A stretch of 64,000 nucleotides of DNA, from assembly GCF_009914755.1 (NCBI RefSeq), contig NC_060937.1; one strand, given 5' to 3'. Source of the DNA: the human T2T-CHM13v2.0 reference genome, Homo sapiens. The notes under the pieces were generated by a model. The model was not told the origin of the DNA. It saw only the letters and a list, made by a program, of their open reading frames with translations, and ran no database searches. Shown one piece after another: positions 31,942 to 46,473 of the stretch. The stretch's first letter is position 1, and each line of letters begins with the position of its first letter. The position numbers and the translations under genes were made by a program.

Positions 31942-32175
31942 AAAAGAAGCCTTAGGTCTTCTCTTAATATGAAGTATTCTCCAGGGATTAAAACAACTAA
32001 GAATAACATCCCATCTTAGGAAAGTCCAGGTAACACAACTCAAATCTCAATTAACTTAAACTGAAACTCAATAGTATACATGGGTTTCTATGTCAGACAA
32101 ACTTGAGCTTGCACTCCAATGAACAGACTCTTACCTCACTCATCTTGGGCAACCCCTGTGAGCCTCAGGTTCTTT

Positions 32176-32474
32176 TGTTTGTTTGTTTTAAGAGATGGGG
32201 TTTCACTGTGTTGCCCAGGCTGGAGTGCAGTGGTGCAATCATAGCTCACTGCAAGCTGGAACTCCTGGGCTCAAGTAATCCTTTCTCACAGCCTCCTGAG
32301 TGGCTGGAACTACAGGTGTGCACCACCACACCTGGATAATTTTAAATTTTTTTTTGTAAAGACAGGGTCTTGCTATGTTACCCAGGCTAGTCTTGAACTT
32401 CTGGGCTCAAGCAATCCTCCAGCCTTGGCCTCCCAAAGACTAGAGATTACAGGCATGAACCATCATGCCCTGGC
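32176..32474 (-). mobile_element. AluJ inserted in a MIR-like remnant
   Basis: atcatagctcactgca, ctcctgggctcaag, gggtcttgctatgtt; ggttcttt on both sides. Confidence 0.92.
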
Positions 32475-32552
32475 TGGTTCTTTATTTTCAGAGTAATTTT
32501 TACCTTTCTGGGCCATTGTGAGGATAAGGAATGATATATGAAAAACAAGAAC

Positions 32553-32735
32553 CAGGGTTGCTTTTATCACGTCACTAACAAGGCTCAGGTATTGGGGCCC
32601 TTATTTGCATAGGTTCCTTCTAAATAATAATATGCTTGAGTCTAATTTTATATTTGAAGTTTATACTCTCTTAACTTACGGAGGGCTCTCAATTTGTATT
32701 GGCTTCAGGCCCCATAGAATCTGGAGGCATTTCTG
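32553..32735 (-). mobile_element. hAT-Tip100 relic (ORSL-like)
   Basis: Reverse strand cag..ccagattctatgggcctgaagccaatacaaattgagagccctc resembles the recalled ORSL 5' end; cag/ctg termini. Confidence 0.5.
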
Positions 32736-35266
32736 ACGTGGTACAATGCCTAACGCATGGAAGAGGACTGACAAGTGTTAGTTATTTTGGTATTGAGTCT
32801 ATTCACTATTTCTGCCACCTTTTGTCATTTACATTCAAGCCTTGAACTGTATACTAGAACAACTTACCAGCATAGCACACAGGCATATGATGGACCCATA
32901 GTACACATTTATGGATGACCATGCCATTGAACTGTATTTAGGAAACAAAACTTGAGTGCCAAGGGGGTTAATCTCTCACAAAACAAGAGCCTGCATGCTT
33001 CTCAGATCAGGCAAAGATTCCAGCCTTTTCATTTACATTTAGCAAATATTTGGCAAGCAAAGAATATGGAGGAGTTGGGTTTTTTTTTTTTAAGGCAAAA
33101 ACCTTTTTAAACCAATGTGAAGTTGCTTAAGATTCAAATGATAGTTCTTCTCTAAAAGTCAAATTGTATTCTTTGCCCTCTCTTTGACAATGATTACAGT
33201 AATTGAACAGAATATAGTCTTCTCCATTGAAGTGTATGAATGTAGACACTTAAGGTTACATTTTCAAAGAAGCATGAATAGACTTAGCCATGTGCCTCCT
33301 GTTAATACCAATGGTGTCATGCAAGGAAGTGCTTTTGGTCATTGGATTGAAAACGTACTCCATGACATTAAATGCAAGTATCCTTTAGTATCATCAATTA
33401 TCCCATTTTTCTATGACTTCTTTTCAGTTAATTTTGTTCTGGAATGTAGAGTTATCTGACTTTTTTCTGGTTTAATGATAGTAGTGCTTGCATTTTTAGT
33501 ATTTATCAAGTGCTGACTGGATCTTTTTGGTTAAAAAGTTGGTTAGGGAAATTACTATCAAGCTCACTCACCACCATAGTAACCAAATTTTAATACCTTC
33601 TGGGGATACAGGCATTTATATAATCTAACTCTGTGGCACTGAGGTGCAGTGTATGTAGTGTATTTATGATTGAACAGAAAGTTTCAAACAGCAGCCTGTG
33701 AAATTGGATTTTAGATGTAATGTACCATAAATAAGTGCTATAAAGATTGCCTTTAATGCTATAAATCAGATTTTATTGGTTTCAGCTATCTCATTCTGGT
33801 TATTGTATTACCCACAAAATCAGAGGAAATCAAAGAGCTGGAATATTTTTTATTTTAATATCCCATATTCTACAGTAATGGCACATGCACCCTTACAGCT
33901 TCCTTTTTGGGTAGGTTGGACAAGGTTGACAGTTGGCAGGCCCCAGCAACATATCAGTGGCAGTATTGGTGTAAACAATGAAACTTTGGGGCTTGGAACA
34001 GTTTAAGATTTCCTGTCTGTGAAACCTACAAGGTAGGTGAATTGGCAGATCCCTTCCCCGTCTGAGAAGCTGGTTGTCATGTTCTTCATGCTAAGCTGAC
34101 ACCTGTGAGATTGGCAGGTGATGTATGCTTTGCATCTTCTGGAAAGTTTATAGACTTTGGTGATGAGGCTATCTATCCATTGGGGATGGGGATGCCCATG
34201 CATGACTTACCTGAGTGATTTAAAGCACCCAAAACTATTGCTATAAAAGAAAGTTGTCTGCTTAAACAATCTCCCAATATTTGATTTACAACCAATGCTT
34301 CTGCACCCCTCCCTAACACTTTGATGGTTTTCTATTAAGTATGGTTTAGTCAAGAAAATTGACTGTTTTTTAAAAATGCTTGGGAAAGCTTACAAATGGA
34401 CTGTTAGAGCCCAAGAGGCTACGGTAATCTAAAAATGAACTAGTTAGGTCCAGAGCAGTATTCAGGCTATTTAATGTTCAGTTTGTGCTTATGTGTGATT
34501 TTCCTCAATGTGCACTTACACAAGTACCCTGGGTTCGAGAAACAGTGAAGCACCTACCCAGGCCTTGAACATCTGACTTTCATTTCATAGTTCAAGGTTG
34601 AAGCCTTACTGTAATCTGAAGAAGCCAAGAGGACAAATGGGATTTCTTGAACAGAGGTCATCAGCGACATACATCCTCATTACGCTTCACTTTTTGATTA
34701 TTTTATTTTTACTGTGGCATTATGCCAGATATGTTCTCATTAGTTCCCCCACCTGTAAAATAACCATATTTAGCAATCAGAGAAGATATTGAAATCTTGT
34801 GTTTTATCTTGATTAAAAAGAAATCTAATTCCACAAATGCTTCAGTGATCTTTAACCTGCTGGAAATATAAGCCATATATAACATCCTTGTTATGTCTGA
34901 GTTCAGCAATTAATTTTTTTTTAAATAGGAAATCTTGATGCCACCTTCACTGGCTACAAACTAAGTTGGCAGAACTAGGGCGATTATGCTGATTGGGGCT
35001 TGACATTTATTATTGCCAGTTCACTGCTGAAAATACAGCCAAGGAGCTCAGTCCTAGACCTGGGAGGCAGCTGGATCCCAGGGTGTGCTTTGGCACTTGT
35101 TTTAGGCTGTGCTCAATTTCCTGGGAGCCGCAAGGGCTGCCTGCATTGAACAAGGATCTGTTGCTGTCTAGAAGTGCAAGTGCAGCTGCAAGCGGGAGCA
35201 AGGGGGCTCTTTTCTTTAAACACTGTGACTCTTGTTCCATGTTCTTAATGGGGCATGAGGGAACCT

Positions 35267-35644
35267 TGATATGGTTTGACTGTGTGTCCCCACCCAAATC
35301 TTATCTTGAATTATAACCCGAATTGTAATCCCCAGGTGTCGAGGGAGGGACCTTGTGGGAAGTGATTGGATCATGGGGGCAGTTTCTCCCATGCTGTTCT
35401 CGTGATAGTGAGTGAATTCTCACGAGATCTGATGGTTTTTAAAATGGCAGTTTTTTCCTGCACTCTCACTTCCCTCCTGCCACCTTGTGAAGAAGGTGCC
35501 TGCTTCCCTTTTACCTTCTGCCATGATTGTAAGTTTCCTGAGGCCTCCCAGCCATGTGGAACTGTGAGTCAATTAAACCTCCTTTCTTTATAAATTACCC
35601 AGTCTCAGGTGGTATTCTTTATAGTGTGAAAACAGGCTAATACA
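35267..35644 (+). mobile_element. MaLR solo LTR (MSTA/THE1D-like)
   Basis: tgatatggtttg...ctaataca termini; perfect 5-bp TSD aacct. Confidence 0.95.
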
Positions 35645-35859
35645 AACCTCTTTCCCTTTCTCTCCAAGACTGACCTTCTTCAAGGTGCTATTACCAACCC
35701 AAACGCTCCGGATTGATTTAGTTACAGACTAATTGTCCTAATTTTTATAACTTTATTGTCCCTCTCTATATGACTTTCTTTAGGCAAATGCTGAAAAAAA
35801 TAAATTGATGTCTTGGTTTGTTTGATTTGCCTTACCTCATCTCCTGTCATAGCCTAATC

Positions 35860-36530
35860 AGCCGAGATCACCAGAAATGAATTTTTACTCAGCAAAGTCA
35901 GGTTTATTGCACCATTGCAACGAGGGAGATCACATACCAGGGGAATTGTGAGGTGTCTCACCAAACAAAGGAAAAGATAGAGGTTATTATAGGATTTTGA
36001 GGGATAATGGAGTTGAGGTGAAACTTAAATAAAGCAGTGTTTGGATAGGCTCAAAGCAAAGCAGGGCTATGTGCAAAGGGTGTAAACATCAATTCTGGAC
36101 TGTGAAGTGGATCTAAGGTCCTGTTTCCTTGGAAACTACACAGTTAAGATAAATGTAGAATGTTGTGTCCAGAAACCCCTTATTTGGAGGTCTGCACCTG
36201 GATTTGAAATTGTGGCTGATTTCTATGTCAAAGTGATTTAAATCCTCTAGGCAAGAATGGGATGTTTCATTTTTACTGATATAATTTCAAAAAAAAAAAA
36301 CAAAGTTTTTGATAGGTTATGATTTTAGACAACAAAGTATCTTGAGTAAAAAAAGCAGTAGTCACTGATAAAGGGGATTTTTATGACACTTTTTAGCTGT
36401 GGTAACTACTTGGGAGAAATATCATTTCCTGTTAAATTGTCAGCTGGCTTTATTTGCATCTATTATTCCAGTTTGTTGAATGGCCAGGTGTATTTTTTTA
36501 CTTTCTCAGTCTGACTAATTTTTACTTTTT
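35860..36530 (-). mobile_element. Probable old ERV solo LTR, family uncertain
   Basis: Reverse poly(A) signal (ggtttattg) near the left end and tttactttctca near the right end; overall LTR-like layout. Confidence 0.45.
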
Positions 36531-36544
36531 TACTCTCCATATCA

Positions 36545-37910
36545 CTTAGAACAGTTAGTTTGTAAAGAAAAATACTTGACATAAATGGGATTAAATGGTT
36601 AAGAATATGTGTGGGCTAACAACAGAAAGTCAAGGAATAGAAAGGGTTTCAGGCAAGATTTGATCAAACAGCTTTTAAAACAATTACTATAAATATCTTA
36701 TTTCTGTCTCTTCCCATGGCTTTCTGTACTATCTACTTTTCCCACATCTTAAATATGGCTTCTTTTGAAAGTCACAATGATTAAGTTTTTGCCTTTTTGT
36801 TGTTTTCATCCTAATGCTATTCTTTCATTAATTCACATTTTTCTCAGTCCTACTTAATAATTTTCTTAAGAAAATATCAACCTTTTAGTTCTTTCATTCT
36901 GTCTTCATATGGTTGTTATTTAGCTGTTTAATGTGTCTCTTGTATTTTATATTTTAATTGCTCTATTTCTAGACATTCCAGGTGGTTATTTTCAAGTCTG
37001 CCTGGCTTTATAATATCACTCATGCTTTTTACACAATTTCAATCTCCCTTTTTATGTCCTCAATCATTTTAAGTATGTGTAGTTTTTATTCTACATCTCA
37101 TAGTTCTATTATCTGAAATCCTTAGGATCTATTATTTTTTATTTATCTGCTGACTCTCACATAGTGAACTTTTTTCATTTTATTTGGTAATTTTGCATCA
37201 TAAACTTATTTTCTTTTTACTTAGGTGTAAGCATTAGGGTGGAGGTACAGGTGGAAGGCAGGAATCCCAGGAGTATTACCAGCCAAGAATCAGGGTAAAG
37301 ATTCAGACCATGAGTCTATGTGACAGCATATCTGTAAGTATATATTCTCGAGGAAACGTTGATTTACCCAGACTCTAGTATATCTCCCTGTGCTGGGGGG
37401 CACTGGGCAGGGACAGATCCTCATTTTTATTCATTATTTTTCAGAGGATTAGGCTTTAAACTTTGCTTACGAACCCAGTTATAGCTTTCTAACTTTCTGC
37501 AGGCAGCATTGGCCTATCTTGGACTTCAATTGAAAGCTGTCTCTCTCGGTGTCACAGAGGTAGCTCCCGCAGCTTCTAGGGGCAGGGATATGTAGCCAGT
37601 CTTGTTCACGTTCAACCAACAAGATAAGTGTCTGAGTAGTTCTTTCAGAAAACCTAGGAGGTATTCAGCCCCCTCCTGCCCCACTTTCTTATATCTCATT
37701 GGGTCACGTTTCATTAACTGTTTTGAACTAAACATTGGGAAACTAAATGACTGGGAAAAGCTGATTGTTAAACCAGTCGGAGCCCACCTCACTTGTTGAG
37801 AGTGGTGTTACCTTCCCCAGTGGTATACAGGGTGCCCGGGTGAGAGATGGAAATCCAAATGGAAAGTGGAACACTGATGCCAAGAAAGCAGGGCTAATGT
37901 AGCCAGTGTC
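36545..37910 (-). mobile_element. Old MLT1 (J/K/L-like) LTR split by an L1M ORF1-like fragment (about 36790-37500)
   Basis: ttcaggcaagatttgatc on the left and tctcattgggtcacg..gctgattg..gcccacc on the right resemble MLT1; T-rich L1-like middle. Confidence 0.45.
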
Positions 37911-38514
37911 ACACATTCGCCCATTGCATTACACATACTTTAATTTAGTTCAATTCAACAAGCGTTTATTTATTGCCTGTTTTTTCCATGATAGGAAACA
38001 GCCCTGAACTTAAGATTGCATAATTATATTCCTTACTAAGAAAGATCTTGCTTCCACTAAGTATCTACCTTTTGTCAAATCTTGCTTGGTATATGAAATG
38101 CTACCTAAAAGTTGGCTTGTGATATGGTATTAGGTAAAATATGTTTTATTTTTTATTGTGAAACATACAAAACATAAAATATGTATTATGCACACACGTG
38201 TTTATGTGTGCATATATACATGTACAGGTGTGTGTATATATATATTTCATAAAGAATAATAATAAAGTGAAAATCTGTATGCCATTACGGCTTAAGTAAT
38301 AATACAATACCAATAGCTTAAAAGCCCTCTCTACCTGACCACAGAATTTTTACTTCCTTCAAAGGTAACACTTCTGATTTTTGTATGATTGATACCTTTG
38401 GGTTTCTTTATTGTTCCACATACATATGTAACCATAAACCATATATTTTTTTTAGTTTTGCCTAGATTTGTATTTCATATAAATGGAAGAATAGAGTTTA
38501 TTTTTCGAACTCAC

Positions 38515-38795
38515 ATTTTTTTCAATTTTTATTTTAGATTCAGAGGGTACATTTGCAGGTTTATCACAAGGGTATATTGTGTAATGCCGAGCTTTAGGGT
38601 ATGATTGGACTGGTCACCCAGATAGTAAGCATAGTACCCAATAGCCAGTTTTGCAGCCCTGGCTCCCATCCCTCCCTCCCAACTTGTGTGGTCACCATTG
38701 TGTACTGTTCCATCTTTATATCTATGTATACCCAATGATTAGTTCCCACTTATAAGTGAGACATGTGGTATTTGGTTTTCTGTTTTCGTGTCTGA
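38515..38795 (-). mobile_element. L1PA13-16-like 3' stub
   Basis: ttttattttagattcagagggtacatttgcaggttt..cccacttataagtgagacatgtggtatttggttttctg. Confidence 0.85.
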
Positions 38796-39001
38796 CTCGC
38801 TTTTGTTTGCTCAGTTTTGTTTTTCAGATTCACCCATGATGGTGTGTGTGGTTGGTGTATTAATCTTGTTCACAACCATAAAATATACCATTGAATGAAT
38901 ATAACACAATTTTTGATTCATTCTATTGTTAATTTTTTTTCCAATTTGGGTTATTAAATAGTGGGTCTGCAGAGATTTTTGAGCCAGTGTTTTGGTGCAT
39001 G

Positions 39002-39421
39002 TGATGCAGGGCAGATTCATGGCTTCATTCACTCAGGAAAGAATTCAAGAGCAAGCAGGCAGTGGAAGAAAGCAGCTTTACTGAAGCGACACTGCCACAG
39101 CTGAGGGACTGCTTCTTGTGGAGCAGAGCTAGCCCATAGGCAGTGCACAGGGAGTAGCAACCTGTAGGCTGTTGGCTTCCTGCATTGATACCCACTTTTA
39201 ATTACGTGTGAATTAAGGGGCAGTTTATTCAGAAATCTCTAGAAAATGGGCAATAACTTCCTGGTGTTGCCATGGCATTTGTCAACTCTCATGACACTCG
39301 TGGGAATGTCTTATGCTGATGGGCAGCAAGGGTAACTAAAGGTTGCTTTTGGCACTACTTGCTGACTTGGGCTGGTTTCCCATCTGGTTCGGGAAACAAG
39401 TCCTTCCAGTCCCCTACCTCA
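39002..39421 (-). mobile_element. ERV1 solo LTR (MER66C-like)
   Basis: Reverse strand tgaggtagg..tgccatggcaacaccaggaagtta..gaattctttcctg..ctgccctgcatca; 4-bp TSD catg. Confidence 0.8.
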
Positions 39422-39909
39422 CATGTGTCCAGAAATTTCTTTGAGTATGTATCGAGCAATAGACTTGCTGGGCTCTAAGTCATTTACATGTCCAACTTTA
39501 CAAGGCATAGCAAGTTGGTTGCCAAAACGACCATCAATTTACATTCCTGACAGTCTTATGTGAAAATTTCCATAGCTCCATACTGTTTCCAACACTCAAT
39601 TGTTAATAATTTTTCCAATTAACACATTATTTAGGTATTAGATCAAATTACACTTTAAATTATTATATTTTAATTAAATTTTCCTAAATACTAATAAAAT
39701 TGAACATAGTTTCTTGTGTTTATAAGCCTTTTTGTATATGTTAGTTTGTGAAATGCTTATTTGTGACTTTTGCCCATTTTTGTTCTTATTAAATATTTAT
39801 ATATTGTGGGTTCTAATTTTTGGCACATATATGAGTTGCAAAGAACTTGTCCCAATTTCTGTTAGTCTTTTTGCTCTCTTTATGCTTGTCTTTGTAAAGA
39901 GAAATTCTT

Positions 39910-40213
39910 CTTCTTTTTTTTTTTTTTATTCGAGACGGAGTCTTGCTCTGTCACCCAGGCTGGAATCCAGTGGCGCGATCTCGGCTCACTGCAAGCTCCG
40001 CCTCCCAGGTTCACGCCATTCTCCTGCCTCAGCCTCTCAGCTGGGACTACAGGCGCCTGCCACTACGCCCGGCTAATTTTTTGTATTTTTTTTTTAGTAG
40101 AGACGAGGCTTCACCATGTTAGCCAGCATGGTCTCGATCTCGTGACCTCGTGATCCACCCGCCTCCGCCTCCCAAAGTGCTGGGATTACAGGCGTGAGCC
40201 ACATCGCCCGGCC
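39910..40213 (-). mobile_element. AluY, CpG-rich
   Basis: Perfect 17-bp TSD tgtaaagagaaattctt at 39893-39909 and 40214-40230; Y diagnostics. Confidence 0.97.
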
Positions 40214-43200
40214 TGTAAAGAGAAATTCTTAATTTTAGCATAGTCCAGTTTGTCAGTATTTTCTTTTATATTTTGCTATTTTTCTATATTGTCTACATAT
40301 ATTTCTATGCTACAGTTCTATAAAAATATTCTCCTATATTGTCTTTTAATACGCCTAAATTTGATTTTTGTATATGACAAGGTATGCAATCTAATTTTAT
40401 TTTTTTAGCATGGAAAACAAATTATCCAGTACTACTTATTGAAAAATCTACCCTTTCTCCACAGTTTTGCAACCAACTCTGTCAATTATGTTTTCACACG
40501 TGCTCTCAATTAAAGCTCTCAATTTTGCTTCATTGGTTTATTTAAATGTATTTAAACAAGAATTTTACTGTCTTCTTATATAACACAATAATAATCATAA
40601 TGTTGATATATGGTGGGACAAGTATTCTATTTTATTTTATTCTTCAATTGTACCTTGGTTGTTCTTGATCATTTACTATTCCATGTAAAATTCTGAACCT
40701 ATTTGTCTGTAGAAAAATTTGGGATGAACTGTTATTTTCATAATATTGGGTCTTTCTGTTCATGAACTTGACATTTCTATCAAATTTTTGTTTTTTTGTA
40801 GACTTTACTGTTCTGTTTAAAATTCGTATTTAAAAAAGTGTTGCATATCATTGGTTAAATTTATTTCTCAGTACTAAACATTGTTTGATGCTATTCTACA
40901 TAGTATTTTTTTTTAAAAAATACATATTGTTACTGGCATATGGAAATGCAGATAATTTTCAATACTCATTTTGTATCTAACAGTTTTGCTGAAATCTCAT
41001 ACATTGTAACACTTTATCAGTAACTTTGTTTTGTATGCTGTGAATACACTCATATCATTTACAAATGAGGATAGTATTGTTTTTCCACTCTGGTTCCTGT
41101 ATTTTTATTTCCTTACTATAGGCAGGGATCTCGCATCCAATGTTTTTAAAAGAAAAAGTAATACAAGTCATCCTTGTTCTGTTCTGACCTTCAAGTTAAT
41201 GGTTGCAAAATGTATTTATTGCGTATGTTTTTATACAGCCCCTCTCAAAAGTAAAGGTGTTTCTTGCTATTAACTTTGTTAACATATATATTTTGGTTTG
41301 ATTTAATCATAAATGTGTGTTGAGTTTTAACCAATGCTTTTGTGCATCTGCGTAAACGATCAAGTTTTTCTCCTTTTATCTTTTGAAATGATAAGTTAGA
41401 GTAATCAATTTTCTAACAATCTTGTATTCATGGAATGAAGACAACTTGGCTATGTTGAGCGTCTTTTTAATACCATGATAGATTTTACTTGCAAATGTTT
41501 GGTTTAGGAATTTGGGGACTTCTATATATCCATGATTTGTATTAGCCTATTATTTTATTATCTCATACTTGCCTCTATTTTACTGTTTGTTTTAAGGTAA
41601 TATTACTCTCATAAACATGTTACAGTATGTGTTTTTCTATTCTCTGAAGTGGTTTGTGTATGCCTAGTATTTTTTATTTCTTGAATATTTATTTTAATAG
41701 TAAGACTCTCTATGTAAAGTTATTCAGGCCTGCTATTTTTTCTTTGTGAAAATATTTTAAACTATGGATTTACTTGTACTAAATATAGCCATTTATGTTC
41801 TCTCATTTTTCTTGAGCCAGTTTTGATGAGTTGTGTGTTCTAAAAATGTATTCATTTCACCTATGATTTCAAGTGTATTAGCATAAATGTGTTTATAATA
41901 TCCTATTATTACCTTTTAAATGTCTTCTGCATCTGAAGTTATATCTTCTTTTTCATCTCAGTTATTGTTTATTTGTATAATCTCTATCTTTTTCTAAATT
42001 AATATTATCAAATATTTGCCCATTTTGTTTTCAAAGAAATAACTTTTGACATTTTAGTTTTTTCTATTGTCTATTTGTTTTCCAGTTCTTTATTCTCTTT
42101 GTGAATGTGTTTATTTAATGTGCTTTATTTGGGTTTATTCTATTTTTCTTTTTCTAACTTTTTAAGTTTGACGCTTAATTGATTAATTTGACAGTTTTCA
42201 TCTTTTTAATGTATGCATGTAAGCTTATTAATTTCTCTCAGTATTCACTAACTTAATCCCACAAGTTTTAATATGCAGTATTTTAATGATCATTCAGCAA
42301 TTCATTTTAAGATTTTCCGTTATTTCCTCTATAATCTACGTTTTTCAGAAGCATGTGAGTTTTTTAAATTCCAAATATATAATTCTTTTTCTAGGTATTT
42401 TTTTGCTTTTTATTTTTAACTTCTTCATGTTTATGGAGTATGGCCTACGTGATACCAATCTTTTGAAATATATTGAGACTTATTTTATGGCCTCTTCTGG
42501 ACAATTTTTATAAATAGTTCATAAATTCTTAAAGAGGAGGCTATATTCTAAAATCATTTCATCCATTTAAATCAAATTGATGCTGTCCAAATCTTTACTT
42601 ACTGGCTTTCTGTTTGCTCAGTCTATCAATTTTTGAGAGATTGCATTAAAAGTTCCCAATATGTTGGTAAATTTGTCAACTTCTCCCCGTGTACCTATAA
42701 TTTTTCAAAGCATATAATTCAAAGCCACATTGTTACATTTTATATAATTCTAAAATCACTATGTCTAACTGGTTAAACTTTTTAATCACTTTTTTTCCTC
42801 CTTAGAGTCTACTCTTTTTGTGATATTTTGGTTAGCATTTGTTTGGTGTGACTCTTTTTATCCTTTTACATCCTTATATGTTCAGAATGTGTGTGTGCAT
42901 GTGTGTGTGTGTGTGTTGTTTAAGATATATGTGTATATTTGCATATGTACGTACACATGAACGAAATGTGAATCCGTATATGTGTGTGTATGTGTCTACT
43001 CTATCTCTTTAAATTACTGCATAGGTTATTTCATTGGAATTTTATTTTACCTTCAACTCTTATTCATTTTCTGTCATGTCTTGTTTTTAAATTTTGTCTC
43101 ATTTTTGGCCTCCTTTGGAATTTCATCTGTGTACTTGTTTTTGAAGTTTATTCTCTATGCTTATTTTTTTAGCATTTACTGTGGATATGCTAAAATGCAT

Positions 43201-46047
43201 AATTAGCACAATTTAAAATTATCTTAATCTTACTCTCATTCCAACTGTTCCAAAGACCTTAGAATGTTTTCATTTTAACCACTGCCCTCCCAACTTGTAT
43301 ACTATTATTTTCCACATATTATGTTTCATCTTTTTATAATCCTCAGAAATTAAACTGTCTTATACATCAATGTTTCTTTGTATTTGTCATATATGTGCCA
43401 ATATCTTGCTCAGAATCCAATCTTACATTTCAGGCCTTTCATCTTGACTAAATTTCTTTCCTCTTGAAGCATATCCTTTAGAATTTCATGTGAGGAGAGT
43501 CTGTATGTAATGAACACTCATAGATTTGCTTTTCTGATAATGTCTTTATTTTGCCTTTGTTCTTGAACATTAGTATTGTGGGTGTGGGATCCTAGGGCCA
43601 CGTCATGCATGCGTTCTCTCAATGCATTGCACACTGCCTTCTGGCCTCTATTGTGTTGAGAAATCAGTCATCAGTGTTAATTGTTCTTTTGTAAGTGATA
43701 TTTATTTTATTCTGTGCTTCCTTTAAATATCTGTTCTTTATTTTCAATGTTATGTACTTTCATTATCAATATTTCTAGGTGTGGATTTCTTTTTATTTAG
43801 TTACCTTGGAAGCCATTGAGCTTTTTGTATCTGAGGTCTATTGTCTTTCAAAATTGTTGAAAAACATTTTTCAATGATTTGCTACCATTTGCTAAATGCA
43901 ATGTTTTTTTTTTCCTACCAATTTTATTCATTAGCTCCCCTAGAAATATCAGGTAGAGGACTTTAAACTTTCTCAGTCTAGTTTCTCTACATCTTTTTCA
44001 CTCTTTTCTATTTTCAATATTTTTTTCTCTGAGTTGATTACTTCAGGTTCATTAATTCAGGTTCATTAGTTCTTCAGCTCTGTTGAATTTACTGTTAATT
44101 TATCCTACTGAATTTTAAATGTTATTTAAAAACTTTTAATACATTCACATGCTATTTTAAAACTTACTTTGTTAAAAAAATATTTTTTTCATATTTCCAA
44201 GACTTTCTGGGAGCATGTGAAACATAATTCTTTTATATTATGAGTGCTATGGACTTAACATATGAAGTATTTGTAGGCCATTCTGCCTGTCTCTCATTCT
44301 TGGTGTGCTGTTTCTGTGTGTGTGGTTTTTAAATTGTAATTTCCTTGTTTTTATTAGAATGACCTTGAGGACCATTTGATCTACAGCTTGATGTTGAGTT
44401 CCTCCAGAGAGGATTTCCCACGACCACTGGAGACACATTTAATTCTTCGCTATGCTTGGGATTTTCAAATTCATACAGAAAGCATGAATGTGGGTCACAA
44501 ATTCCTTATTCCCCACAGTGATGAACATAACTACTAGTTCTCAGATTTACTTTCTCTTATACCTAATGGCAGGTGCCCTCACTCGCCTTTCCTGCAGGTG
44601 TTTATCATTTACTCTTCCACTTTGGGGTCTCAGCTTTCTATAGGGTTCTATTAAGTTCCTCACTTTGAGCAGACTCTGGCTCTTATCTCTTCCTCCTATA
44701 CCCTGACAAGCTACCCAAATAGAGAGTCAGGGTCACAGGATTTGGCTAATATTCTCGGGGCATCTGAGGCTTTGATGCTGGCTTGCCTTTCTGGAGTTTG
44801 GTTTTCACTTTATTTGGGGCTTTCAATTCATTTTGGATTCCTTATTTTCTCATCAGTTTAGAGATTGCTTTTAAAACATATCTGTTTTAAATTATTACAG
44901 TTTTTCTTTTGGAAGGTTTTGATGGGAAGTTGTTGGGAAAATTCACTTTCAGAAATGGGAAGTCCTTTCTATGTTGTCTTTTTGTGTAGTGTCTGTTGGA
45001 ATAAGGATGTAATTACAAATTATTTTGAGTCTTATATTTTTTAGAAGTACAGCTTATTATACACAGAAATCAATGGGTTTCAGTACTCAGATGTTAAATA
45101 AAGACAGAAACATGCTCAACGTATAAGCACAAATGCATATGAGACATTGTTGCTAATTTCTTATGAGGAAATAAAGATCTTCAGAACTAAACAGTAGTCA
45201 AATGAGCTGAAAAGGTGCTGGTGATATATCAGGCAGGCACCTTGGTTTCAAGCACAGGGTTGGCATACACAAAACAGCTCATCTTTTCCCAAGAACTTCT
45301 CAGCCTTTCAGAGTGGTTTTATTCTAGCATAGTTTATGCACCCTTCCTCCCCTTTGTGCCTTGATATTGTCTGTCAATTCTCTTCTGTTTCTAAAAATAA
45401 ATATTTAGCAGCCTATGGTGCTGTTTAGATCAAAGGGAGTAGGAATTATAAATTTTTAATCATGAAATATCAGCTATAAATGGTATAAATTTTGTTCTCA
45501 AAAGATTGTTAACAGAAGACACTGACTTTGTCCAATAGCTTTCAAATTTAATCAGGTAAACAAGCAATTTTTAAGAATAAACAGTGTACTTTGTGTGGAA
45601 AAATAAATCCTTATGACCAGTTATTCTATATGAAGATTCTATTATCATTAAGGGCTGATTCTCAGCCCCAGTCTGTATCATCTCATAGTTATCTACTGAT
45701 ATCCCAGACATGTTGCAAAATTCCCAAAGTGCAATTAACCTCAGTACATGATGACTGTATGTCATATTTCTTAACAACTCAAGGTTTTCTCCAAGTAATA
45801 TTGCAAAATTCTCAAAATCCCAATTAATTTCAATTCGCTTTTGTAGGGATGTCACATATTCCTTAAACATTTTCAGTAACGAGAGGTCATCAGAATCAGT
45901 ATTGTGAGGTTTACGAAAACTGCCTTGAAATCAAAATAAGAGACTCAATGCCAAAGCAGGGTGGGAAGAACTGCCATTTGTCAAGCCTGATGCAGATGTG
46001 TCTGGAAATCTATGCAAGGGTGATTGGGCTCTTCCGTTGATTGGACT

Positions 46048-46473
46048 TGCTATGGTTTGAATGTTGGTGTCTCATCCAAAATTCATGTTGAAACTTAGTG
46101 GCCAATGCATCAATATTAAGAGGTGAGGCCTTTAGGAGGCAATCAGGCCATGAGAGCTCCACCCTCCTGGGTGAGATTAATGCCTTATGAAAGGGCTTAG
46201 GGGAGTGACTTTGCCCCTTCATCTCTTCTGCCCTGTGAGGATGCAGCATTCATCCCTTTTGCCCCTTCTGTGCTTGTTTCCACTAAGTGAGGATGCAGCA
46301 AGAAGGACCTTGTGAGACATCAAATGCTGGTGCCTCAATCTGGGACTTGCCACCTCCAGAACTGTCAGAAATAAATTTCTGTGTTTTTTTTTTGTTTGTT
46401 TGTTTTTGTTTTTTTGTTTTTTTCTGACCCATTCTAGGGCATTTTGTTACAGCAGCAGGAACTGACTAACACA
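46048..46473 (+). mobile_element. MaLR solo LTR (MSTC/MSTD-like)
   Basis: tgctatggtttgaatgt...gactaacaca termini; TSD ggact/ggacc. Confidence 0.88.

Larger units (their letters stand above)
38145..44450 (-). mobile_element. Long ancient L1 (L1ME/L1MC-like), highly decayed
   Basis: Collinear degenerate L1 3'UTR, ORF2 and ORF1 motifs over about 6 kb; hosts an L1PA stub, MER66 and AluY. Confidence 0.75.
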
